Notes under the pieces: model-generated
Told to the model about the DNA's origin: nothing
The model's database searches: none
Seen by the model: only the letters and a program-made list of their open reading frames with translations
Position numbers and translations under genes: made by a program
In this document: piece after piece, positions 35,033-47,852 of the stretch
Layout: every line of letters begins with the position of its first letter
Numbering within the stretch: position 1 is the stretch's first letter
NCBI GenBank assembly: GCA_002269645.1
Contig: NIVC01004048.1
Coordinates: 1-62,837 of the forward strand
Source: Macrostomum lignano
Taxonomy: Eukaryota
Length of the DNA stretch: 62,837 nucleotides
Direction: 5' to 3'

Positions 35033-36854
35033 GTGAAAAACTATAGTGCTAGTATTTTTTCTATTAGAATAACAACGTAAAAAAATTAATATCCATACAT
35101 ATCCTTTAGGTAATTTTTGACTGTCTTAGTTAAAAAAATATTTGTTTGTCACGAAGCGTTCATAATTCAAAATTTTCATAATTCAACCTCGGATCATGCG
35201 ACGACGCACGTGCGTTGCCGTTGCACACATCACCCTTGGCGGCCTTGGCCTACCTACCTAGCGCTAGCCGCTAGCATAGCGCACACTCGCGTAAATTAGC
35301 CCCTGAGCAAGCCTAGAAGCAAGACTTGCGACTTGTGTAGCGATTGGATAGCTGTAATTTTGGTTAACTGCATATTATTCTTGAGCTTTTCGCTTGCACT
35401 TGCAACAAAAAATCTAAACACAAACAGTTTTTTGGGAAGCAGTTAGAAGTTTGCGACTAAATTAGAGGCCTTTATTTTCAGTTTTGCCTTTTCACTGAAT
35501 AGTCAAAATAAAGCATAAGGCTAGGCCTAATTTTGGTAAGTCTAATTGCCATTTAATTTATAACCATAGGCTTATCTTCAGTTTGTAACAACCAATTTAA
35601 TTATAGGCCTATTGATTGCAGAATCCCAACCTGGAAACCATGTTTTCAAATTTTCAAGCCTGCTGCCTGGTATTACTATTATTAGGCCTAGTGGAAACTA
35701 TGCCTAGGCCCTATATGTAGTAGGGCCTAATTAATTAATAAATGTAGGCCTAGTCTGGTATAGGCCCTATGCAAATTTTGATTTAATAAAGAGTAAAGTC
35801 AAACTCAAAGATAGTAAAATAATTAGGCCTTTTGATTAAGCTAGAGCCTGTAGGGGCCTACTCACCCTACTGTTTGATTATTTCATGATAATGATTAAAA
35901 CATGTTAGGGTCCAAGCCAATGGCCATGCAATTAATAATGGATTCTAATTTAGAGTCAAAGTCAGGCCTAAACTAGGCCTAGGGCCTAATACATGTGTAA
36001 GCTAAAGTTTAAAAAAATCAAATGTAATAGGCCTAATAAAATAAAGCAAAAGTTTTGTACTACTGAATGATTCAAATATTCTAGGTAATTTGATATTTAT
36101 AATTTGTAATATGAATTACAGGGTATGGCATAAAAATTTGACCCTTCAGAAAAGAAATTTATTAGCATGATTTATTATTAGTTATATTGCACTTATGATG
36201 ATAAAAGTGAATTCATAATAAAGCATGGACCTGCTCTGACACAAGCTCACATTTGAGTCTCTCCATTGAAGTTGGCAATAGTTATGAACTTTAGCTGATA
36301 GCAAGGGCTTTTTCATACCTTTATGCAACCAAGGATTAAATATTGTACACATTGGTTGTATAATCAACAACTAATGGAACATTTTCATACGGGGTTGGAT
36401 TTTTATGCTGCACCCTGTAGGGGCTAACAATTTGATGTTATTGTTAGGGGCTTATATTGTTAATAGGGCCTGTTTATATTTAGTCCCTATTTATAAATTA
36501 TATTCTATATAAACAAAAGTAATAGTAGGCCTAGTAGGCCTATTAGACCTATTAGTACTTAGTAGGCTTATTAAAAATATAATTTATAAGGCTAGACCCT
36601 AATAATAAACTCAGTATAATTTTAGTAGCACAATAGATTAGTATAACTGAAGATAAGCACTATTTTAAAGAAAAGGTCCAATTAGGCCCAAGCTATATCT
36701 AATAAAGCATAGGCCCTAGGCCTTCTAAATATTAGTCCAACCAACAAAAAGAATCTTTTTTTGTCATTTTTGATAAGGCCTTCATATTTACATAGGCTAG
36801 GATAGAATTGTATTAGAATAGGCCTAGTTATTTTTGCTAGGCATAGGCCTAATA

Positions 36855-38919
36855 CACCATTTTACCCTCAATTTTGAACAAGGAGAACTTCGAAACTGAC
36901 AAACTCCTCTTCAATATTGACACTCTATGGTTGGGCACTCAAAATCTACAATCAATATTGACAGATCAAGCTTCAATTTTGACAAACTCTGTTTAATTTT
37001 GACAATGCACGTTTAGTCAACTTCTCCTGGGAGAATTCGGTAACAAAGTAATCCAATGAAAGGCTGAATGGGGCTGAAGTGAGCTGTGCAAAATCAGCTT
37101 ATTCTGACTTTGCTTTTTGGATCTACAAGTATTGATAAAATTTATTTTTCTCTATCCTTTACACACAGACTAAAATAGCCTGACTGGTTGGGCTGCAAAG
37201 TCTGATTCTATTTTGACAGAGTTGCTTCAAAACTGACACTCTATGGTTTGTGTACCCAAAAAGTCCACTTCATTTTTGACAACTCCGAATCAATATTGAA
37301 CAGTTAACAATCAATTTTGACTAAGACATTTTTTGAAATAGATTTTAACAATTTTTACTAAGATTTCTCTCTTGAGGGGGGGTACTTGCTATTTGGGAGA
37401 AGGGGTACTGGCTGCATGTATCTACGAGTACATGTATGGGGATATTTCTATCCAGGGATGCTTGCTATCTGGGTGGATGTTTGCTACCTGGATGATGCTT
37501 GGTATCTACAAGATGCTTGCTATCTGGGGGATGCTTGCTATCTGCAGGATGCTTGCTATCTGGGTGCACACTTGCTATCTGGGTGGATGCTTGCTATCTG
37601 GGTGGATGCTTGCTATCTGGGTGGATGCTTGCTATCTGGGTGAATGCTTGCTATCTGCAAGATGCTTGCTATCTGCAGGATGCTTGCTATCTGGGTGTAT
37701 GCTTGCTATCTGGGTGGATGCTTGCTATCTGGGTGGATGCTTGCTATCTGGGTGCACGCTTGCTATCTGAGTGCACGCTTGCTATCTGCAGGATGCTTGC
37801 TATCTGGGTGCACGCTTGCTATCTGGGTGGATGCTTGCTATCTGGGTGAATGCTTGCTATCTGGGTAGATGCTTCTATCTGAGGGATGCTTGCTATCTGC
37901 AGGATGCTTGCTATCTGGGTGCACGCTTGCTATCTGGGTGGATGCTTGCTATCTGGGTGAATGCTTGCTATCTGGGTAGATGCTTCTATCTGAGGGATGC
38001 TTGCTATCTGCAGGATGCTTGCTATCTGGGTGCACGCTTGCTATCTGCAGGATGCTTGCTATCTGGGTGCATGCTTGCTATCTGGGTAGATGCTTGCTAT
38101 CTGGGTGCACGCTTGCTATCTGGGTGGATGCTTGCTATCTGGGTGAATGCTTGCTATCTGGGTAGATGCTTCTATCTGAGGGATGCTTGCTATCTGCAGG
38201 ATGCTTGCTATCTGGGTGGATGCTTGCTATCTGGGTGGATGCTTGCTGTCTTGGGATGTTAAATGACCGGCCTTTTGCTAGAGTCGTTTGAGAGAGCAGG
38301 GACTCTAGCAAGCATCCCTGGATAGAAACATTCCCACACATACACTCGTAGATACATGCAGCCAGTACCCCTTCTCCCAAATAGCAAGTACCCCCCCTCA
38401 AGAGAGAAATCTTAGTAAAAATTGTTATAATCTATTTCAAAAAATGTCTTAGTCAAAATCGATTGTTAACTGTTCAATATTGATTCGGAGTTGTCAAAAA
38501 TGAAGCGGACTTTTTGGGTACACAAACCATAGAGTGTCAGTTTTGAAGCAACTCTGTCAAAATAGAATCAGACTTTGCAGCCCAACCAGTCAGGCTATTT
38601 TAGTCTGTGTGTAAAGGATAGAGAAAAATAAATTTTATCAATACTTGTAGATCCAAAAAGCAAAGTCAGAATAAGCTGATTTTGCACAGCTCACTTCAGC
38701 CCCATTCAGCCTTTCATTGGATTACTTTGTTACCGAATTCTCCCAGGAGAAGTTGACTAAACGTGCATTGTCAAAATTGAACCAGAGTTTGTCAAAATTG
38801 AAGCTTGATCTGTCAATATTGATTGTAGATTTTGAGTGCCCGACCATAGAGTGTCAATATTGAAGAGGAGTTTGTCAGTTTCGAAGTTCTCCTTGTTCAA
38901 AATCAAGGGTAAAATGGTG
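36855..38919. mobile_element. Foldback-type non-autonomous DNA transposon: ~610-bp TIRs, CACC...GGTG termini, TA flanks
   Basis: 36855-~37467 is the reverse complement of ~38307-38919 with scattered substitutions. TA lies on both sides (36853-36854, 38920-38921). The loop is a satellite. Confidence 0.88.
37455..38250. repeat. ~18-19-bp satellite (GATGCTTGCTATCTGGGT[G]) filling the foldback loop
   Basis: Directly visible, about 40 variant units. Confidence 0.95.
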
Positions 38920-39949
38920 TAGTAATGAAACTTTGATGTATAACTATAAGTCAACTTAAGTTAAAATTTGCTTTTATTTATCTAATCTTTACAACTTAAT
39001 GTGCTATTATAGATTCAAACTTAGCTAAACTAATAAATTCTATATTATTTTTTAGCTAAATAAATGTACTCATTTCCTAGTACAAATTTTTAAATTGTTA
39101 GTTTATAAGGATATTGATATATTCCAACATAGTAGGTTTAACTCAATTAGAACAATAATAACTATATTATTGTTACTTTTATGCTCTTATGCAATTAGTT
39201 ATACCACTTAAATTGAGCTAAATGTTCTATTTTTATTTTGCTATGGGCTAAAATGCAATAATTTCTATAGATCAGCTTTATTGCAATGATATAAATTGCA
39301 AATTCTACTTTGAAAGTAGCATTCACTACTCAAGTAGAAAATAAATTTTGCCATAGCTAAAGATATAGTTCAAAGCAAATAAAGTTTTTATGAAAGTTTT
39401 ATATAAGGCTCTTCTTTGAAATAGGACAGTGTCATTTAAAATTGACTGTATTTGCTAGGTTGATAGCCTCTGAGCTGCATTCATATGAAACTGAGTTAAT
39501 GCACATCTTATCTCAATTTTATCTCAACTAACTTAAAAAACTTTTGCCTTGCAAGTAGGTATATTTTTGTCACACTTTTATACTTTATCAACTTCAAAAT
39601 GTAACTTTGTTCATATGATTGGAAACAATATTCTCAAAGATAAGTCTAAACAAAGTATGCTAACAATTACTACACTTAGTATATAATAGCCAATTATGCA
39701 GATTGGCAGAACTAGTGACCCAAACCTATTCTGTTATTCTGTTATGCTGTGTATTCTGTTATGGAGCCTCAAGATTATCCCAAGGCTCTGCCTTAGTGTA
39801 TGAGTATGAGTTATAATAATATGAGCACCATTCTCAGAGAAGTGGCCAGCATTCTTGTTACTCGTTTGGGTATGGGATTGTAAGCTTTTCTACTTTAGTA
39901 GACAGATTTCCTATCTTTTCTTCCAGCAAACTCGCCAATTTGTTAATCA

Positions 39950-40787
39950 ATGTCGCAGCAGCAGGACGTCAAGAAGGACCTGTGCCAGCAGCTCATGACG
40001 CTGTACGAGATGCGGCTCCGCACCTTCGTCAAGTGGCCGTTCTCAGCGCCCAGCCGCTGCACCGCCGAGCGGATGGCGCGGGCCGGATTTTATCGGATCG
40101 CCACGCCGGAGTGTCCGGATGCTGTGCGCTGCTTCTACTGCGAGAAGGTTGGCCGAATCTTCAACGTTAAACTGCCCGCTGCGCCTGCTGCCGGGTTCTG
40201 GGGGGTCATTATTACCGTCTTTATTATTGGTCTATTGGTCTTCACTTTGCGTAACCTAGTCAGTTAGCTTAATTAGCTCCCAGATCCTCAGTTGCTGGGC
40301 CAGCCTGTCAGAGCGTCAGTTGCTGGGCCAACCTCCCAGATCCTCAGTTGCTGTGCCAGCCTCCCAGATCCTCAGTTGCTGTGCCAGCCTCTCAGATCCT
40401 CAGTTGCTGGACCAGCCTCCCAGATCCTCAGTTGCTGGGCCAGCCTCCCAGATCCTCAGTTGCAGGGCCAGCCTCCCAGATCATCAGTTGCTAGGCCGTC
40501 GTCACCTATCCAAGGTTTCTCAACGACTCCCGCAGGAACTGGACGGCTGGGACGCCAACGACGACCCCGTGGGGGAGATGCGGCGTCACGCGCCCCACTG
40601 TCGCTACCAGGATCTGCCGAATGCCTACGATGACATGTCCGTGGAGGAGGTGCTGAGCAGCGAGGCGGAGCGGCACATCCAGGCCTTGGAGCGGAGCCAC
40701 TCGGCCTGGCAGGCCAGGGTCGACTCGGCCTCGCAGGAGCTGCTGCGGGAGATCGACCGCCAGATTGAACGGATTCAGGGGAAGTGA
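39950..40787 (+). CDS. BIRC5: Survivin/BIRC5-like single-BIR protein with a C-terminal helix; 2 exons
   Basis: Exons 39950-40147 (YEMRLRTFVKWPF...CTAERMARAGFY...DAVRCFYCEK) and 40536-40787 (ELDGWDANDDP...HC...helical tail). Phase-0 GT-AG intron. About 149 aa, a survivin-like size and layout. Confidence 0.88.
40272..40495. repeat. 28-bp minisatellite (CCTCCCAGATCCTCAGTTGCTGGGCCAG) in the BIR gene intron
   Basis: About 8 units visible. Confidence 0.9.
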
Positions 40788-40979
40788 GGCGTTGGCTGGC
40801 TAATTGCCATCTGCACGATTTCTGCATTGAAACCCTTGTGACTGATGGAGAATTGAAAAAAAATTCAGCTTCAGTTTGATTTTCCCGCAATCTTGATTTG
40901 GTACCGCCCATGTCGTGTCCTGGAACTGAGTTTTGCTTCCATAATCCGACTGCAATTTCTGGAATCTAAGTGTAATTTC

Positions 40980-42215
40980 CAAGAAATTGGTAGCCGGTGT
41001 CAGATTCTGAATGCCATTTCCAAGAAATTGGTAGCCGGTGTCAGACTCTGAATGCCATTTCTAAGAAATTGGTTGCCGGTGTCAGATTCTGAATGCCATT
41101 TCCAAGAAATTGGTTGCCGGTGTCAGATTCTGAATGCCATTTCTAAGAAATTGGTTGCCGGTGTCAGACTCTGAATGCCATTTCCAAGAAATTTGGTTGC
41201 CGGTGTCAGACTCTGAATGCCATTTCCAAGAAATTGGTTGCCGGTGTCAGATTCTGAATGCCATTTCTAAGAAATTGGTTGCCGGTGTCAGATTCTGAAT
41301 GCCATTTCCAAGAAATTGGTTGCCGGTGTCAGATTCTGAATGCCATTTCCAAGAAATTGGTTGCCGGTGTCAGATTCTGAATGCCATTTCCAAGAAATTG
41401 GTTGCCGGTGTCAGATTCTGAATGCCATTTCTAAGAAATTGATTGCCGGTGTCAGATTCTGAATGCCATTTCCAAGAAATTGGTTGCCGGTGTTAGACTC
41501 TGAATGCCATTTCCAAAAAATTGGTTGCCGGTGTCAGACTCTGAATGCCATTTCCAAGAAATCGGTTGCCGGTGTCAGACTCTGAATGCCATTTCCAAGA
41601 AATCGGTTGCCGGTGTCAGACTCTAAATGCCATTTCCAAGAAATTGGTTGCCGGTGTCAGACTCTGAATGCCATTTCCAAGAAATCGGTTGCCGGTGTCA
41701 GACTCTGAATGCCATTTCCAAGAAATCGTTTGCCGGTGTCAGACTCTGAATGCCATTTCCAAGAAATCGGTTGCCGGTGTCAGACTCTGAATGCCATTTC
41801 CAAGAAATTGGTTGCCGGTGTCAGACTCTGAATGCCATTTCTAAGAAATTGGTTGCCGGTGTCAGATTCTGAATGCCATTTCCAAGAAATTGGTTGCCGG
41901 TGTCAGACTCTGAATGCCATTTCCAAGAAATCGTTTGCCGGTGTCAGACTCTGAATGCCATTTCCAAGAAATCGGTTGCCGGTGTCAGACTCTGAATGCC
42001 ATTTCCAAGAAATTGGTTGCCGGTGTCAGACTCTGAATGCCATTTCTAAGAAATTGGTTGCCGGTGTCAGACTCTGAATGCCATTTCCAAGAAATCGGTT
42101 GCCGGTGTCAGACTCTGAATGCCATTTCCAAGAAATTGGTTGCCGGTGTCAGACTCTGAATGCCATTTCCAAGAAATTGGTTGCCAGTACCAGATTCTGA
42201 ATGCCATTTCTAACA
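40980..42215. repeat. 41-bp minisatellite (CCAAGAAATTGGTTGCCGGTGTCAGACTCTGAATGCCATTT), ~30 copies
   Basis: Directly visible and highly homogeneous. Confidence 0.97.
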
Positions 42216-45200
42216 TGTGACCATAATTTTAAAGATATTGACGGTCTTTTCCAGGATCTTGAATGCCGTTTTTTAAATTTCGAATGAGAGTTCCAGGACC
42301 TGACTGGAAATATCCATAGCGAGGGTGCCATTTAAAGGTTAATACGACATAAACCTAAGTGAAATAGTAATTACTTGTAATAGCTGTGAATTAAATAATA
42401 ATTTTGGTAGCTTGTTGCACTCTGACTGGCTTTTATCCTAAACCACTTGCGTTTATAATCTACTTGGTGCTGCGATTCTTTACATGCCATTTGTTTTATT
42501 TTTTTAATCTCGTTTTTATTTCTGCAACGAAAATTTATATGGGTCAGGTTGTTAGTTTGCTGAATTTATTAAACGCATTTTTATCAATACTGGACAGTCT
42601 TTTGTTATTCTGTAACAGCATGTTTTTCCTTTTTAATAATTTCCAATTTGACACATGAAACAAATATAAATTACACAACGCAATCTGGCACGAAAATTAA
42701 CATATTTCAGCTAGTTAAAAATGTGTTGTTTCTCTCTTACTACTGTGTCAGTAGTGTAGTTAGTAGTCACAGTTAGAGTATTGTCACATTAATTTCGAAG
42801 GATAAATAGTGAAAAATCCTTAGAAATGACTTCCCATCTCGTTGAATTCCCCAAAGCTCCGTCTTGCTGTAAGCTGGCTTGGCAACACTGAAGCCGAATC
42901 CCCGGAATATTTCAGTGTCCGCAGGATTCTCGCGCACCTCCCGCATCGCTTAGAGAAGATCAGACAGTCAAAATCAAACAGCGATGGGCAATTCGCCATC
43001 CGTGCGGCCCAGCAGCGTTGGAGGCGAAGGCCTTCGTCGGCTGAGCGCCTGCAGCAGCAACGGCGGCTGCGATGATGTCGGTGGCGATCAGACAGCGGCG
43101 CCGGCGCCTGTTGCTGATCGACACCGTCTGCAGCTGGCCGCCGCCGACCCGCGGTCGCCCACCGGCGGCATCCGGCGCACGCCTGTTGCAGTGCCGCTTG
43201 GCGGGGCCTTGCGCTCCAGGTGGCGGGCGAAACTACTGGCTGATGGTGAGCTTGCCGGCTAGCTTAATGACAGATTTGAGTGCGAACCAGGGACCTCCCG
43301 TTGAAACTGTTACCGTGATAAGAATTGCTAGAGTCGTTGCAACCAACTCACCAGTGACTCTAGCGACTCTGGTGACTTTTTAACGACCTAAATGACTGCA
43401 ATGCGACGAAACAAAGAGGCGATTGTTGAGTCACGTGAGTTTGTAGAATCGTAAAAGAGTCGTGTTAGTGCGTAACTTCCTACTTTAGACGCAACTCAGT
43501 GATTCTGCAGCGACTCCAGCACGCCTCAGATAGGACTCTACGGCCCCAGAGTCGTTTCGAAGTCGCAGACAAAAAAACGCCTCAAATTGATTCTTAGGCG
43601 ACTTGCCTAAGAATTCTCTCTGACTCTGAAAGGACTCTGAAACAACTCTGGGGCGACACAAGTAACTTTGGGACGCTTCTTGGCCTGAGTGCCGTTTTCA
43701 TGGGGCCTTTGGTGCTAAAATTTTCTTCCTGAAAGACAACTTCCTATTTTAACAAATCGACTCTGCATTGTGAGCATTCTGGTAGGCTAGGACCGGTTTT
43801 TTCAGTTCCTGCCCTATGGGAAATAGTCGATGTCTTGTGGAGTCATCTTTGCTGCAGCATTGCAAGCTGGGTTTTTTTAAGCGGCAGAATCACAATGCCA
43901 TCTGGAATCCAGGGTCCAAAACTGCATGTTAGTGTTTACAGATGACTCAATTTTGATCAATTGATATAAAAGTCTTGAAATCTCAGGAGTTACATAATAA
44001 TTGCTGCTTTAAATGAAGTATAAGTTTTAGCTAAGTATGCGCTGAACTCGATTGAAATAGCCATCTAGCCTAAAAAACGTAGTATGCCAAAATTAAGTCA
44101 TGACACGCGCTATGACAGCCCCAGTGAGTCGCTTTTAAGAGCTCGAAATTTCACATCATCAAGGAGACTGACTTCATAAGCTCGAATCTTCATTAACTCG
44201 AATCCCCATAAGCTCGAATCTTCACATCGTCAAAATTTCTTGTCTGCCATATTCAGAGGCTCGAAAACCAAAAAACCCGGAAGCGAATAGCCATAAAAGT
44301 CTCCATTATTGCTTGGCATTGGCTTTACAAAGTTTCGAGCTGGTGAAATGCCCCCAGCCCAGTGTTCAAGCCAAAGATCATCTGTATGTCTCTGTGCCAG
44401 TAATCTAGCTGGTATTTTCCATGGTCAGCTATGATCTGCTCTCTTGGGTAGTTCAGCTTTAGGTAGCAAGCCGCCAGCCGAGCCTGTCTGAAGCATCTGC
44501 TAGGGGATGCGAGGAAGGTCAAGCACTGTGTGGGCGGGTTTATGCCTTTGTCCCAAGCTGGCAAACTGCCTGCAGTCTGGGCCTAACTTTGCCGCATAAG
44601 GATTTATGACGCAGCTGGCCTTAGTCCCTGTATATGTGTTCGCAGGCCCCCCGCACACACTCATCCAGTGTTTGCGCGCGCGTGTGCCATCATTGCGGAA
44701 ACTTTAGAAAGTCCTGGCCTTTCTTCTTTTAGAAGCAGTACAATTGCAGTGAACCAGCAGAATTGTTTGCTTCAGCTTCTCGGAGAGGGAGCAGAAGCAG
44801 CACTTCAAATATGGGGATCAAATCATTGGTGGCGTCACATTCTGCCACCTTTCAGCTCAAATGTTTTAGAATAATGTGTTGCGGGGGTGTGCCCCTCTGA
44901 CGATGACTATGATCGTTGATGTTGCTGTTGAATCAAATAAGTCGGAGGTTCGATTTGTTTCTCTCGATCTCTAACCTTCAACAAGATGTTTATTACTAAT
45001 CAATGTTAGTAGCAATTCCTAATAGGATATTGATCACGCAATTACGCAAATTTGTTAAGCAATTCAGTGAAAATGGAGCCACAGGCTACTTATCGATATT
45101 GTTGCACGAATTGACGTTTGTCCGGATTTATCTCTGTTAAATCGGGATATTAGAGTTCAGGCCCGATTGTTGGGGCAAGCTAGCGGAGCAGTTGGGAGGC

Positions 45201-46184
45201 AAAGAGGCGGAGAGCCGAGAACCGGGAAAAAACTGGAGAGAGGCTTCATTCTCACTGAACGCTAGTATATATATGATTTCTATAACGCATTTCATTGGTG
45301 TTCGCTTCACGCAATAGGATCTTTACTGGTGCACAAGCATGTGCTGTACTTTCCTGATAGAAAAACCTTCTGAAGTTCGCATTCGACTAAAAAATAACAT
45401 TGGGCATAACATGCTTAAATTAAGATCACTTCACAGCCTCTCGGTCTGTCTGACCTTCTGTCTGAGGCTGCAGCAGCTGCCAAATTTCTGCAGCAAATAT
45501 TTTAGGGGGGCCTCGCCGTTGATTACTTTAATAATTCAAATTCCCTCGGCTCTCTCTACTTTTAGAAGCAATATATATATTAGAAGCCAGGAATTTCACA
45601 TTTTTTTATAGTTTTAATGGTTCAAATATTAAACAAAAATTCAAATTGCAATTCGGTTAGGATAGGATGGAGGATGAAGGAACAGCAGACTCAGGTGTAC
45701 AGCGGCGCTGAAAAAAGATTTTTATTTAGTGCCCGTTTTTAGTTGAACATCGTCTGTTTATTGTCTATATATGGAATTTCTGCTTTAGTACCAGTCCCAG
45801 TCATTGGTCCCATTCCATCAATGGCCTTTGTGAACTTGCTGTCCCTCGCTCTGTGGACAAAATCGTTCTATCGAAATTGCAATCTCCTGTATGCCGTATC
45901 ACTGATTAGCTTCCGTCTGCCGTGATTCCCGTGTTTTTTGGGTGCATCAACGAATCAGCCTTTTAGATTAGTTTATTGTTCTATGTAACTTCAGTAAACT
46001 TTGTTTATCCAACTTCCAGAATGCCCCAATAAATTTAATTGATTTGTGATTTCAATGCGTCTTGCCGAGACATTTTATTAGTACATGTGCACTTTATTGT
46101 GAACTTGAAAACCTCACAATAGCCGCTGTTATCGTGCTGCATCTAGTAGTCTAAATTGTTCTATTATATAAAAAGCCTAAGAGC

Positions 46185-47400
46185 TGTCATAACAGTGGCC
46201 TAAAGACTGTCATTTCAGTAGCCTGAGAGCTGTCATATCAGTAGCCTAAGAGCTGTCATACCAGTATCCTATTGACTGTCATATCAGTAGCCTGAGAGCT
46301 GCCATTTCAGTAGCCTAAGAGCTGTCATATCAGTAGCCTAATCGCTCTGTCATATCAGTAGCCTAATCGCTCTGTCATATCAGTAGCCTGAGAGCTGTCA
46401 TACCAGTAGCCTATTGACTGTCATATCAGTAGCCTGAGAGCTGCCATTTCAGTAGCCTAAGAGCTGTCATATCAGTAGCCTAATCGCTCTGTCATATCAG
46501 TAGCCTGAGAGCTGTCATACCAGTAGCCTATTGACTGTCATATCAGTAGCCTATTAACTGTCATATCAGTAGCCTATTAACTGTCATATCAGTAGCCTAA
46601 TCACTCTGTCATATCAGTAGCCTAAGAGCTGTCATACCAGTATCCTATTGACTGTCATATCAGTAGCCTGAGAGCTGTCATATCAGTAGCCTGCGAGCTG
46701 CCATTTCAGTAACCTAAGAGCTGTCATATCAGTAGCCTAATCGCTCTGTCATATCAGTAGCCTAAGAGCTGTCATACCAGTAGCCTATTAACTGTCATAT
46801 CAGTAGCCTAAGGGCTGTCATATCAGTAGCCTAATACTCGTAACTGTCATATCAGTAGCCTAAGGGCTGTCATATCAGTAGCCTAAGGGCTGTCATATCA
46901 GTAGCCTAATACTCGTAACTGTCATATCAGTAGCCTAATAACTGTCATATTAGTAGCCTAAGACCTGTCATATCAGTAGCCTAATCACTCTGTCATATCA
47001 GTAGCCTAAGAGCTGTCATACCAGTATCCTATTGACTGTCATATCAGTAGCCTGAGAGCTGTCATATCAGTAGCCTGCGAGCTGCCATTTCAGTAACATA
47101 AGAGCTGTCATATCAGTAGCCTAATCGCTCTGTCATATCAGTAGCCTAAGAGCTGTCATACCAGTAGCCTATTAACTGTCATATCAGTAGCCTAAGGGCT
47201 GTCATATCAGTAGCCTAATACTCGTAACTGTCATATCAGTAGCCTAAGGGCTGTCATATCAGTAGCCTAAGGGCTGTCATATCAGTAGCCTAATACTCGT
47301 AACTGTCATATCAGTAGCCTAATAACTGTCATATTAGTAGCCTAAGACCTGTCATATCAGTAGCCTAAAGGCTGTCATCATTAGCCTGAGAGCTGTCATC
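46185..47400. repeat. Variant minisatellite: constant CTGTCATATCAGTAGCCT plus short variable linkers, with a ~384-bp higher-order duplication
   Basis: The block starting TAATCACTCTGTC at ~46598 recurs at ~46982 with the same order of variants. Confidence 0.92.
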
Positions 47401-47852
47401 GGTAGCCAAAGGGTTGTATTGAATTATCTAATAGTCGATGATTCGTTGTCCAGAAATATGTAGTTAACTGGAATAGTAGCTCTATAAGTGATTTATTCTA
47501 TTGTCTTTTTAGGCCTACTGCCTACCTTCTGTTCTACTCGTATCATGTAGCCGACACGTGTAATCGTGCTCTCAATAACTTTTTCCGAAATCGTTCTAGT
47601 ATGCAAGTCACCGGAGGATTCTATTTGTCTAAGCTTTGTGAACTACGAGTATACACTGTATTGGCGCGATTCTACAGAAAGCTCAACAAGCAATGAAACT
47701 ATTAATTTTGCTAGGCATATAAAGTCATAGAAAGGAAGCTACTAAAATGTTCATAAAGCGCTGTTATACGAGCGAAAAACAGCCTGAGCGTCAATCATCA
47801 ATGTTCGTTCTGCATGAAAAAAAACTTAAAAAGACTATAGCTGTAAGCGGCT

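Noticed and set aside
44325-44564. 79-aa ORF as an RT or endonuclease relic
   Set aside because: The resemblance is too weak to support without a search.
46185-47400. CRISPR array
   Set aside because: Linkers are only 5-11 bp and recur; this is a variant minisatellite.
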